64,000 nt of DNA from an uncultured Chloroflexia bacterium (GCA_963748625.1 CAVVJT010000007.1:32001-96000); one strand, 5' to 3'; shown: positions 19,540-29,182, numbered from the stretch's first letter. The notes: generated by a model from the sequence alone, not told the origin. Numbers and translations: made by a program.

Positions 19540-20373
19540 ATGGACGGAACACCCGGGGGACCCCCGCCCGCCGCGGGCGGATGGCCCACGCCGCCGGGAA
19601 CGTCGCTGCCGCCGCCCGCGCCGGGTCCGCGTCCGCCCGCGCCGGCGCCTGCGTCGCCCGCCGCGCCGGCCCCCGTCGCCGTCGGGATCATGCCGCCGCC
19701 GGCCTCGACGCCCGCACCGGCATCGGATGACGGGGGTAGCCACCGCGGGATCGCGCTGCTCCTCGCCGCTGCCGCGGTCGTGGCAGCCATCGTGGCGGCC
19801 ATGTCGTCTGGACTCTCCAGCCAGGCGGGCGACGCGTGGCAGTCCGCCCTGCGCCTTGATGCCAAGCGGGCCGCCGCGGCCACCAACGACATCCAGTTCA
19901 TCTACCAGACCGAGATCCCCCAGGCCATGGCCGTCCTGAGCGCGCGACTCCAGGAGGCACGGCTGCGCGAGGCCGCTGCGGGCGCGACGGGTGACGTCGC
20001 CGCCGCGCTCCTGGTGGAGGCCGACGCCCAGAAGGGGGTCGCCGACACCATTGCCGCCACGATCCCCCTCGTCGCCGACGACACCTATCTGCTGCCGGGC
20101 GGAGCGCGCAATCTCTCGGCCCGCCTCGCGGACAAGCGGATGGAGTACCCGGACCTGGTTGCGATCGACCCCGAGGCGCAGCAGGCCGAGGGCGACGCCC
20201 TCGCGGCCCAGGCTTCGTCGCTGACCCTGGCCCTCTGGCCGCTCGCGTTCGCGGCCATGTTCGGGGCGCTCGCGGAGCCGTTCCGGCGCCAGCGCCGCCT
20301 GCTGCTCGCCCTGGGCACGGCGAGCTTCGGCGCCGGCGTGGTCGTGGCGCTCATGACGGGGGTGCTCGGATGA
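19540..20373 (+). CDS. Membrane protein (Pro-rich N-terminus, TM-helical domain-2TM; DUF4337-like architecture)
   Basis: GGAGGG RBS; hydrophobic segments at the N-terminus and two at the C-terminus. Confidence 0.6.
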   Translation: MDGTPGGPPPAAGGWPTPPGTSLPPPAPGPRPPAPAPASPAAPAPVAVGIMPPPASTPAPASDDGGSHRGIALLLAAAAVVAAIVAAMSSGLSSQAGDAWQSALRLDAKRAAAATNDIQFIYQTEIPQAMAVLSARLQEARLREAAAGATGDVAAALLVEADAQKGVADTIAATIPLVADDTYLLPGGARNLSARLADKRMEYPDLVAIDPEAQQAEGDALAAQASSLTLALWPLAFAAMFGALAEPFRRQRRLLLALGTASFGAGVVVALMTGVLG

Positions 20374-21032
20374 TCGAGATCGAGAACGCCAGCCGCTGGA
20401 GCGGTGGCGTGGCCTACGACAAGGTCGCCACGCTGCTGATCGGCATGGTCGCGATCATGGCGGCGACCTTCGCGATCCAGCAGGCGCACTTCGGGCTGGC
20501 CGGGCAGCACGCCCAGGTCTCGGCCGCCCGCCTCTCCGCGGACGCGGCCACCAAGATCGCCACCTCGTCCACGGTCATGGGCGCCCTCCTCGGGGCGCAG
20601 CAGCAGGCGCTGCTGGTGGGCATGGAGGGCGTGTCACGGCAGATCTCCGGCACGGGCTCCGGCGACGAGGCCTTCGTCGCGATCGGCGGAGCCCAGCAGG
20701 CCGCATCCGACGACCTGCGGGCACTCCTCGACGCGTCCGGCGCCACGTCCGGCAAGGCGCCGCTCGATGCCTACACCGCGGGCCTCGTGACCGCGAACAA
20801 CGCGGGCCTCGCAGTCGAGGTGCAGGAGCAGAACCGGCAGGTGGACATCGCGGAGGACATGGGAGGCCGCGAGCAGCTGGCGGTGCTGGGGTTGTCGCTC
20901 GTGACGCTGGCCGGCGTGCTAGCCGGCGTCGCGGCGGTGCTCCGGCGCGGGCGCGCCGGCTGGGCGATGCTGATCACGGGCTGGTCCGTCGTCGGCGTGG
21001 CGGCCCTCGTCGCGATCGCGGCGCTCATCTAG
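20370..21032 (+). CDS. Membrane protein with the same TM-helical-2TM layout as the upstream gene
   Basis: ATGA overlap with the upstream gene; three hydrophobic segments. Confidence 0.6.
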   Translation: MIEIENASRWSGGVAYDKVATLLIGMVAIMAATFAIQQAHFGLAGQHAQVSAARLSADAATKIATSSTVMGALLGAQQQALLVGMEGVSRQISGTGSGDEAFVAIGGAQQAASDDLRALLDASGATSGKAPLDAYTAGLVTANNAGLAVEVQEQNRQVDIAEDMGGREQLAVLGLSLVTLAGVLAGVAAVLRRGRAGWAMLITGWSVVGVAALVAIAALI

Positions 21033-21034
21033 TC

Positions 21035-22066
21035 ATGCGCACCATCGACTGGGTTGACGGCTCCATCCATCTCATCGACCAGACCCGCCTGCCCCACGAG
21101 GTTGTCGTTCTCGAGATCCGGGACGTGGACACCCTGATCGACGCGATCACGCGCCTAGCGGTGCGCGGGGCTCCGGCCCTGGGCGTTGCCGGCGGTTTCG
21201 GGGTCGCGCTGCTGGCGGCCGGCGGGGCGGCCGGCGGGGCGGATCGCGCGGGGGTCAGGGAGGGTGCCGCCCGCCTTCGCGCCGCCCGGCCGACGGCGGT
21301 GAACCTCGCCTGGGGCGTCGATCGCGCCCTCGCCCGTCTCGACGACGGGCCGGCCGCGGTGCTCGCGGAGGCGTGTGCCATCCGGGACGAGGACATCGCC
21401 GCCTGTGCCGCGATGGCTGCCCGTGGCGCCGACCTCGTCCAGGAGCTCGTCCGCGAGCGATCGGGGCGCGAGCGGGTCCGCGTCATGACCATCTGCAACA
21501 CGGGGGCGCTCGCCGCCGTTGAACGGGGCACGGCGCTGGGTGTCGTCGGCGAGCTGCACGCCCGTGGGGTCCTCGATGAGGTCCTGCCGCTCGAGACGCG
21601 ACCACTGCTGCAGGGGGCCCGCCTCACCGCCTGGGAGCTGGCGCAGATGGGGGCGCCCTTCCGCCTCCTGCCCGACGGCGCCGCGGCGTCGGTCCTCGCC
21701 CGGGGGCTCGCGGATGTCGTCCTCATCGGGGCCGACCGGATCGCGGCCAACGGTGACACCGCCAACAAGATCGGGTCGTTCGCCCTGTGCCTGGGCGCCC
21801 GATATGCCGGCGTGCCTGCGCTTGCGATCGCGCCTGAGACCACGATCGACCTGGCCACGCCCGATGGGAGCGCGATCGAGATCGAGGAGCGGAGCGCCGC
21901 CGAGGTCACGACGTTCGCGGGCGTCCGCACCGCGCCCGAGGGGACCCGCACGCTGAACCCGGCCTTCGACGTGACGCCGGCAGAGCTGCTGGTCGCGGTG
22001 GTGACCGACCGGCGCGTGATCCGGCTCGACCGCGGCGAGCGCCCGAGCGACCCGCTCTCCGGCTGA
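21035..22066 (+). CDS. mtnA: S-methyl-5-thioribose-1-phosphate isomerase
   Basis: IDQTRLP, VRGAPALG, RPTAVNL, CNTGALA, ETRPLLQGARLTAWEL, GADRIAANGDTANKIG, NPAFDVTP. Confidence 0.95.
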   Translation: MRTIDWVDGSIHLIDQTRLPHEVVVLEIRDVDTLIDAITRLAVRGAPALGVAGGFGVALLAAGGAAGGADRAGVREGAARLRAARPTAVNLAWGVDRALARLDDGPAAVLAEACAIRDEDIAACAAMAARGADLVQELVRERSGRERVRVMTICNTGALAAVERGTALGVVGELHARGVLDEVLPLETRPLLQGARLTAWELAQMGAPFRLLPDGAAASVLARGLADVVLIGADRIAANGDTANKIGSFALCLGARYAGVPALAIAPETTIDLATPDGSAIEIEERSAAEVTTFAGVRTAPEGTRTLNPAFDVTPAELLVAVVTDRRVIRLDRGERPSDPLSG

Positions 22067-22109
22067 GGTCTGGCCGATCAGCCCACAGGGCGCCCGTGGG
22101 GTGCACTCC

Positions 22110-22300
22110 CGCGAGCCCGGCTCCGGCGGGCCCGGCTCCCGCCCGGGGCCGGCTCCCGCCCGGGGCCCGGCTCTCGCCGGGCCGCGCCCTGGCCGCGCAT
22201 GGGGCCCGGCTCCCGCGGGCCCTCGCCGCGCATGGGTCGCGCATGGGGCCCGGCTCTCGCCCGGGCCGCGCCCTGGCCGCGCATGGGTCGCGCATGGCCG
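22110..22300. repeat. GC-rich low-complexity tandem repeats
   Basis: Recurrent ccggctc and gggccgcgccctggccgcgcatggg / cgcatggg units. Confidence 0.7.
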
Positions 22301-22480
22301 GGGTGTTGCCCGCCAGGCAGCGAAACCCCGCATCCAGGGCTCGCCGGCGGCCAGTTGCGGGTCAGTGTTGCGTACCAGGCCGCGCAAGCCCGCAAACGGG
22401 CGATCCCGGGTGGGTCAAGGGGCGCGGATGCGGGGTTCCGTTGCGTTGGAGTCCGAGGGCCGGGCCGACGGAGGGTGCGG

Positions 22481-22566
22481 ACCGTGGCAACGCCGCGCCC
22501 GTCATCTCCCGGCGTCATGGCAACGCAGGTGAGGGTTGACAGCAACGCGCGTTGCTCGTTGCAACG
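22481..22566 (+). promoter_or_regulatory. Candidate promoter/operator of the cytochrome operon
   Basis: TTGACA at 22536-41, followed by palindromes agcaacgcgcgttgct (22541-56) and cgttgcaacg (22557-66). GCAACG at 22487, 22520, 22542 and 22561. Confidence 0.5.
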
Positions 22567-22719
22567 TCCGTCGCCCTTTGACACCACCAGCGTTGGGAAT
22601 CTTGGGCACCACCGCTGGTCTGCAAGGGTGCCGATGCGATCTACCGGGTGACCCTCAAACCCTCGACCATCACCCCATCGACTGCAAGTGGCGGCCGATG
22701 GATGGCGGGAGTGGTGGAG

Positions 22720-23055
22720 ATGCGTATCAACGACCTGGCGGAGAACATGGCAATGATCGTGCCGATGTTGCTCCTCCTCGAGGCGGTCGTCGCCATCATC
22801 GTATGGTTTGCTTACGGCTCCAAAGGCGGCCGTGCCGCCCGGGTCGCCGCCTGGCTGGGCCTCACGACCCTCACCTTCTGGGTGGGCAGCGGGATCGCGT
22901 TCGTCGGTCTGAACCTCGTCTACTTCTCGCTCGGCTCCACGGCCACGATCATCGCGGCGATCATCGTCACGGTCTTCATGGTGGCGATGCCGTTCGGATG
23001 GGCCTACGTCGTGCGCCACCACGGGCGCGACGAGACCAGCGCCCAGCAGCACTGA
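22720..23055 (+). CDS. Small 3-TM membrane protein
   Basis: Three hydrophobic helices; start at 22720 or 22747; ends 14 bp before the regulator. Confidence 0.65.
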   Translation: MRINDLAENMAMIVPMLLLLEAVVAIIVWFAYGSKGGRAARVAAWLGLTTLTFWVGSGIAFVGLNLVYFSLGSTATIIAAIIVTVFMVAMPFGWAYVVRHHGRDETSAQQH

Positions 23056-23069
23056 GCCACGACGCCCGC

Positions 23070-23786
23070 ATGACCACCGTCCGCGAGCCCAAGGCCGAGG
23101 GTTCCCAGCGTGGGACCCCGCTGGGCGTGATGCTCGCCATCGTCGACTTCCCGATGCTCAGCACCGCGCTCCGCAGCGTCATCGACCAGGAGCAGGACAT
23201 GCGCATCGTCGGCCAGGTGACCGACCGCGAGACCCTCACCGACCAGCTCCGCACCGCCAGCCCCGACGTCGTCGTCCTCGAGTGCGAGAGCGTCGGCAGC
23301 TACGGGTGCGGGACGTACGAGGCGATCGAGGCGATCCGGGCCGTGTGCCCGAACACCAAGATCATCGCGCTCGACTGCCGCTGCGCCGACGAGCAGTTCT
23401 CCGTGGCCCTCAAGGCCGGCGCCAACGGGTTCCTCACCCGCGAGGCGCAGCAGGCCGACGTGGTGGCCGCCGTCCGCGGTGTCGCCGCAGGCCACACGTA
23501 CGTGAGCCCCGCGATCGTCACCCGCATGGTGGACACCTACGTCCGCAAGAGCCCCGACGCCGCCCTTGACGACCCCTATGAGGGCCTGTCCGAGCGCGAG
23601 CGCCAGATCCTGCTGCTGGCCGCCATGGGCCACACCAACAAGGACATCGCCCGGACCCTCCACCTGTCCGAGCAGACCGTCCACAACAATCGCGCGAACG
23701 TGATGGAGAAGCTCGGCCTGCACGACAGGGTCGAGCTCCTCCGCTACACGGTCCGGCGCGGCCTGCTGAACCCCTCGACCCTATGA
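23070..23786 (+). CDS. NarL/LuxR-family response regulator with degenerate, Cys-rich receiver domain
   Basis: LuxR HTH LSERERQILLLAAMGHTNKDIARTLHLSEQTVHNNRANVMEKL. REC fold with the phospho-Asp replaced by Glu (PDVVVLECES). Confidence 0.88.
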   Translation: MTTVREPKAEGSQRGTPLGVMLAIVDFPMLSTALRSVIDQEQDMRIVGQVTDRETLTDQLRTASPDVVVLECESVGSYGCGTYEAIEAIRAVCPNTKIIALDCRCADEQFSVALKAGANGFLTREAQQADVVAAVRGVAAGHTYVSPAIVTRMVDTYVRKSPDAALDDPYEGLSERERQILLLAAMGHTNKDIARTLHLSEQTVHNNRANVMEKLGLHDRVELLRYTVRRGLLNPSTL

Positions 23787-24493
23787 AGACCCCGAAGACC
23801 CTGGGCGCCGCCTGGAACCGCATCCGGCCGCGCACACGCAAGGCCCGCGTCCTGTTCGCCCTCGGCTCGCTCGTCGGGCTGGTCATCCTCTCGGGTGCCC
23901 TGTTCGTCGGCGGCGCGATGGCGTGGGATCCGTACCTCCAGTTCAGCGTCGACCACAGCGTCAACGAGCGCGAGTGGGCCGGCCTTGAGATCGCCTACAC
24001 GGATGTCGCCACGTGCGCCGAGTGCCACGAGCCCGAGCACGCGAAGCTGGTCTCCGCCACCCACGCGAAGATCGGCTGCGAGAGCTGCCACAGCGCGCTG
24101 GCCGAGCACGTCGCGCAGGGGACCGACGCGAGCTCCGACACGGTCGCCGAGAAGAAGCCGACCGAGGAGACCTGCCACCGCTGCCACACGGCAGCCGTCG
24201 GCCGGCCCGAAGGCTTCCGCGACATCACGCCGTCCGAGCACTACACCAGCGACTGCCTCGCCTGCCATGACCCGCACACGGGCATCTCGCAGCGGCCACC
24301 GGTCGTCATGCACCCGCTCGACGACCTGCCCCTGTGCATCACGTGCCACGGCCCCGAGGGGTTCAAGGCCCGCAATCAGCGCCACCCCGAGGCCAGCGAG
24401 GACGACCAGGGCTGTCTCGAGTGCCATGCCGCAGGCCGGGGCAAGGGCGACGCCGAGGACGGCACCGACAGCAACCAGGACGCAGACGAATGA
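23783..24493 (+). CDS. Membrane-anchored hexaheme c-type cytochrome
   Basis: N-terminal TM; CxxCH motifs CAECH, CESCH, CHRCH, CLACH, CITCH, CLECH. Confidence 0.9.
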   Translation: MKTPKTLGAAWNRIRPRTRKARVLFALGSLVGLVILSGALFVGGAMAWDPYLQFSVDHSVNEREWAGLEIAYTDVATCAECHEPEHAKLVSATHAKIGCESCHSALAEHVAQGTDASSDTVAEKKPTEETCHRCHTAAVGRPEGFRDITPSEHYTSDCLACHDPHTGISQRPPVVMHPLDDLPLCITCHGPEGFKARNQRHPEASEDDQGCLECHAAGRGKGDAEDGTDSNQDADE

Positions 24494-25377
24494 ACGACCC
24501 GCAGGTCCCGGTCGATGCAGACCTCGTCCCGCTCGAGCAGCTCGCCCCCGCCATCTCCACGATCTCCACGAGCCGCCGACGGTTCCTCGGCTTCGGGCTG
24601 ACCATTGGCATCGCCGCCGCCTGCACCGCGGCGGCCGCGAAGTTCTTCCCGGTCTTCGCCGAGGAGACACCCGACACCACGCCGATCGTGCCCACCTACG
24701 ACGCGGCCAGCGCCAGCTGGACGTTCGTGGTCGACACCTCCCTCTGCATCGGCTGCGGCCTCTGCGCCGTGGCGTGCAAGGAGGAGAACCACGTCCCCGA
24801 GGAGCCGATCTACAACCGGACCTGGATCGAGCGCCACGTCATCACCACCGACGGCGAGCTCTTCATCGACTCCCCCGACGGCGGCATCGACGGCTTCCCG
24901 CCCGAGTCCACGGCCCCCGGCGCCGCCGGCAAGCAGGTCGAGGAGTCCTACTTCGTCCCGCGCCTGTGCATGCAGTGCGCGGACTCCCCGTGCACGAAGG
25001 TGTGCCCGGTGAGCGCGACCTACCACACCCCCGAGGGCGTGATCCTGGTGGACGCCCGCCGGTGCATCGGCTGCGGCTACTGCCTCATCGCGTGCCCGTA
25101 CGGTGCGCGGTACATCACGCCGGCCGGCGAGACGGTCCCCAACGACATGCCCGGCGTGGCCGACAAGTGCACCTGGTGCTACCACCGCACGAGCGAGGGC
25201 AAGAAGCCCGCCTGCGTCGAGGTCTGCCCGGTCGGCTCGCGCCAGTGGGGTGATGCCAGCAACCCCGATGATCCGATCACCGCCATCGTCAAGGAGGGCG
25301 CGGGCAAGCAGCTCTGGCCCGAGTACGGCACACAGCCCCGCGTCCTCTACCTCGGCCCCGTGAACGATGAGGCCTGA
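24490..25377 (+). CDS. NrfC/DmsB-like 4x[4Fe-4S] electron-transfer subunit with Tat signal
   Basis: SRRRFLG twin-Arg motif; CIGCGLCAVAC, CMQCADSPCTKVCP, CIGCGYCLIACP, KCTWC..PACVEVCP. Confidence 0.9.
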   Translation: MNDPQVPVDADLVPLEQLAPAISTISTSRRRFLGFGLTIGIAAACTAAAAKFFPVFAEETPDTTPIVPTYDAASASWTFVVDTSLCIGCGLCAVACKEENHVPEEPIYNRTWIERHVITTDGELFIDSPDGGIDGFPPESTAPGAAGKQVEESYFVPRLCMQCADSPCTKVCPVSATYHTPEGVILVDARRCIGCGYCLIACPYGARYITPAGETVPNDMPGVADKCTWCYHRTSEGKKPACVEVCPVGSRQWGDASNPDDPITAIVKEGAGKQLWPEYGTQPRVLYLGPVNDEA

Positions 25378-25380
25378 GCG

Positions 25381-26891
25381 ATGACCGTCACCACCAAGCC
25401 CCTGACGCTCGGCCTGCTGGGCTACCAGATCCCGCTCAGCCCGCGCGCCCTGGCCCGTGCCCTCGTCATCGAGGTCCGCTCCATGCCCGTGGCCCTGCAG
25501 GCCTGGTTCGGGCTCCTCTTCGCCATCCTGGCCGTGTTCGCCCTGGCCGCCGTGGTCGCAATCCCGCCCGGTTGGGAGGTCTTCGGGACCAGCCCCAGCT
25601 TCGAGTGGGGCATGATGATCATCGGGTACGTGTTCTTCGCGATCATGACGAGCGGCCTGTGCCTCTCGGCGTCGCTGGGCACGGTGTTCGGAATCCAGCG
25701 CTTCCGCCCGTTCGAGAAGCGCCATGCGATCCTCGCGCTCCTCTCGCTGACGACCGCGTTCCTGATCATCGCGCTGGACCTGCACTACCCGGTCCGGATG
25801 ATCTTCGGAGCGGTCTTCGTGCCGTCACCCGAGTCCCCCATGTGGTGGATGGGCGTCTTCTACGGCCTGTACCTCGTGGTCCTCATCATCGAGGTGTGGA
25901 CGCTGTTCACGCCCCATCCGAAGATCCACCTCATCGCCTGCACCGCGTGCGCCATCACGGCGGTCGCCGCGCCGTCGACCCTCGGCCTGGTGTTCGGCTA
26001 CGTCGGCGCCAAGGCCTTCTGGGCCGGCATCTGGACGCCGATCCAGATGATCGCCACGGCCGTCCTGCTGGGCACCGCGGTCCTGGGCATCGTCTTCTAC
26101 CTGGTCCACCGGCTCAAGCTGGCGGACTGGAAGACCGCGGCGCCCGTCGCCCTCCCGTCGGTGCGGCTCCTGATGCTCATCGCCATCGCGGTCGCCGGCG
26201 CCCTGCTGGTCCGCCAGGCCGCGGTCGGTCTCGAGGGCGACGTGCGCGGCCTCCGCGAGGCGACCCTGGCCTGGATCACGGGACCGCTGGCGCTCGGCTT
26301 CTGGGCGCGCGTGATGATCGGCCTGGTCATCCCGGCGATCCTGATCATCCTGCCGATCTCGAAGAAGCCCGAGATGACGCTGGCCATCGCCATCATGATC
26401 CTGCTCGGCGTCTTCCTCGACCGGTACCTGTTCGTGATCGCCGGCCAGATCTACCCGATGACGTCCCAGTCGGGCATCGTCTCGCAGCCCTACGCCGAGT
26501 ACTCCCCGACGGTCGTCGAGATGGTGATCATCGCTGGCGGGTTCGCCTTCATGGCGCTGATGTACACGCTCGCTGAGCGGTACCTGGACATGGGCCACGG
26601 CGGCGAGCACATCTTCTGGCCCTGGCCCTGGATCAAGGACCAGGACATCCACGATCCCGAGGACCACGAGGTCCACCACTCGCGCCACGGGCACGACGTG
26701 CACGAGGCCGACCAGGAGCCGGTGGTCGAGCCGAGCACGAGGCCGACCAGGAGCCGGTGCTCGAGCCGGCCGCCGCCGTCGCTCTTCCCGCCACCGTCGC
26801 CGTGCCGGCCGCCGTCGCTCTTCCCGCCGCCGTCGCCGTGCCGGCCGCCGTCGTCCATCCCGCCACCGCAGCGGCTGGAGCCGACCGGTGA
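25381..26891 (+). CDS. NrfD/PsrC-family quinol-interacting membrane subunit (frameshift in the repetitive tail near 26735)
   Basis: WGMMIIGYVFF, LDLHYPVR, SPMWWM, DRYLFVIAGQ, YSPTVVE. The alternate-frame tail EPVLEPAAAVALPA..ADR ends at TGA 26891, overlapping the next GTG. Confidence 0.85.
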
Positions 26892-27595
26892 TCGCCAGGT
26901 ACGCCTTCCGGATTGCCGTGGCGCTCCTGACGGTCGGGATCCTCGTCCTGGGGTCGTTCCTTGTGGTGGTCGCCATCCCGGACATCGCCGGCCAGACGGC
27001 GGTGGTCGAGTCGCCCTCACCCGAACCTACCGCGTCGGGCAAGTCCGCGATGGGCCTGTCGCCGGTGGGCATTGAGATGCCGACCGACACGGACTGCGAC
27101 GCCTGCCACGTGACGACTACCGGCCTCGTTGGCACCAAGCCGATCCCGCCGATGGCGCACCCGCTCCTCGGCTGGCGCAACTGCACCGCGTGCCACTCGC
27201 TGGGGAGCCTGGTCACCACCGCTCCGGGCCACTCGAGCCTGCACAAGGACGAGTGCCTGATCTGCCACCAGACCGCGGTCGCCGCCGGTGCCGCGACCAA
27301 GGCGCCGATGCGACCAGAGCACATGGCCGAAGGCGGCGAGCAGTGCACCTCATGCCACGGCGTCGATGAGCACGCGCCGATGCCCGATTCGATGAAGGAC
27401 CGTGGCGGCAACTGCTGGATCTGCCACAACGGCGAGGAGTTCACGTACCTGTTCGAGGAGTCGTCACCGGCGGTCGAGGAGTCCTCACCGGCGGTCGAGG
27501 CAGAGGGCTCCTCCACGCCGGCCCCGTCCGCGGGGACCGGCTCCACGGTCGGCGACGGCCCGCTCTACGCCCTGGACGTTCGCCGGGTCCCCTGA
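26888..27595 (+). CDS. Membrane-anchored pentaheme c-type cytochrome
   Basis: N-terminal TM; CDACH, CTACH, CLICH, CTSCH, CWICH; 21-bp repeat encoding EESSPAV x2. Confidence 0.88.
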   Translation: MIARYAFRIAVALLTVGILVLGSFLVVVAIPDIAGQTAVVESPSPEPTASGKSAMGLSPVGIEMPTDTDCDACHVTTTGLVGTKPIPPMAHPLLGWRNCTACHSLGSLVTTAPGHSSLHKDECLICHQTAVAAGAATKAPMRPEHMAEGGEQCTSCHGVDEHAPMPDSMKDRGGNCWICHNGEEFTYLFEESSPAVEESSPAVEAEGSSTPAPSAGTGSTVGDGPLYALDVRRVP

Positions 27596-27605
27596 CCGCT
27601 GAGGT

Positions 27606-27737
27606 ACCGGCGCGTCGTCGGCACCGGGCGGCGTGCGTGGGCACCGGCGCGTCGTCGGCACCGGGCGGCGTGCGTCGCGCACCGGGCGGCGTGCGCGCGA
27701 CCGGGCGGCGTCGTCGGCACCGGGCGGCGTGCGCGCG
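27606..27737. repeat. Tandem GC-rich repeats between convergent genes
   Basis: Units gcgtcgtcggcaccgggcggcgtgcg and accgggcggcgtgcg repeated 4-5 times with no unique spacers. Confidence 0.8.
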
Positions 27738-27926
27738 AAGCAATACCCTCGGGCCTGAGTGTCGTCGCGTTGCGTGCGGAGCACCGTCACGGTGGCCTCC
27801 GGGGCTCCTGCCGGTCTCGGGGCGTTGTTGCTGTGCACCGGCGGCAACGGCGCGTCAGAAGCGGTCGGATCTATTGCCTGCGGTGCACGGCCCGATGGCC
27901 GGCGCGGATCCGGGTCAGGCCCGGCG

Positions 27927-29169
27927 TCAGGCCCGGCCCTTCACCATGTCGATCAGGCGGCCCACGACCCGCTCGCCATCGGCGCGCAGCCCGTTGTGGG
28001 CGTACTCGTTGGTGATCCAGGGCTGCAGCCCGCGGACCAGCGAGCGCCGTCTCCTCGGCGAAGGCCCGCTCCACGTACACGTCGTCCACGTAGATCGTGG
28101 CCGCCACCGGGACCTCGTTGCGGGCGAGCCGCTCCGCGTCGAAGAGGCGCGGCCACGGATGCTCGGCGAGCAGGTGGGCGGCCTCGCGATGCGGCCGCAG
28201 GCCCCCGAAGTCCTCCCACATCGACGGGAACACGTGCTCCGCCACGAACAGGTCGCCGTCCACCAGCTCGTCTGGGAGGAGGCGGGCGGCGGACCACCTG
28301 GTGGGAACGCCGTCCGCGTACGAGGACTCGTGCAGGGTCGCGTAGATCGGGTTGCGCTCCCAGCCCGAACCGCGCTCCACGTCGAACAGGAACGCGTTCG
28401 ACCCGAACGGCAGCTCCAGCACGTGGTGCAGGTGCTCGAACCCGGCGGAGTCGCCCAGCCACATGCCCAGGCCCCGGAACCGCGTCTCCGTCAGGCGGTC
28501 GCCGCCGGGCAGCCGGACGTCCTCGTCGCGGAGCCGCCGGAAGATCTCCCGGACCCGCGCCCGGTCGTCCGGGTAGCGGGCGAAGTAGCGCCGGTTCGCC
28601 TCGATGACCCGCACGTAGGTTGCGGCGTAGATGTCGTCCACCGGCCGCCCCACCGGGGAGAGTCCCCCGGTGATCAGCGCCGCCGCCAGCCCCTCGGGCG
28701 CGAACGAGAGGTACGTCAGCGACGTGAACCCGCCGAACGACTGGCCCAGCACCGTCCACGGTCCCGACCCCAGCTCCGCGCGGATCGCCTCGCAGTCGCG
28801 CACGATGGCATCGGCCCGGAACAGGGCCAGGTATGCCGCCTGATCGGCTGCGGTCGCGCCGGGGATGGAGGCGCCCACCGGCGTCGACCTGCCCGTCCCG
28901 CGCTGGTCCAGGAGCAGCACCCGGTACTCGGCGAGGGCCCGCTTCATCCAGCCCGACGGCGGGGAGGTTGGGCGCGTCGCCTCGAACCCCGGGCCGCCCT
29001 GGAGGAAGACGAGGTATGGCCGGTCGAGCCCGTCGGGAGCCGCCACCTCACGGGTGAAGACCGTGATGGTGGCGCCGTCGGGGGCGGCGTAGTCCAGGGG
29101 GACGGTGTGCTCGCGCTCGGTGAGGACGGCACCGGGCACCCGGTACGTGACGGCTGCAGACGTGGACAC
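27927..29169 (-). CDS. pip: Proline iminopeptidase (alpha/beta hydrolase, S33; frameshift near 28045)
   Basis: AGGAGG RBS and GTG start. FLQGGPG, DQRGTGRS, GQSFGG (nucleophile). C-terminus WITNEYAHNGLR in a shifted frame. Confidence 0.85.
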
Positions 29170-29182
29170 GGAACGGAACCTC

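Noticed and set aside
22110-22300. Repeat array as possible CRISPR or mobile element end
   Set aside because: Low-complexity slippage repeats with irregular period and no spacers or transposase.
23783-27595. Operon as cytochrome c nitrite reductase (nrfA) or polysulfide reductase
   Set aside because: No CxxCK heme motif, no NrfA-sized cytochrome and no molybdopterin subunit.
27606-27737. Repeat array as possible CRISPR
   Set aside because: The units are contiguous permutations of the same GC-rich words with no unique spacers, and no cas genes are present.
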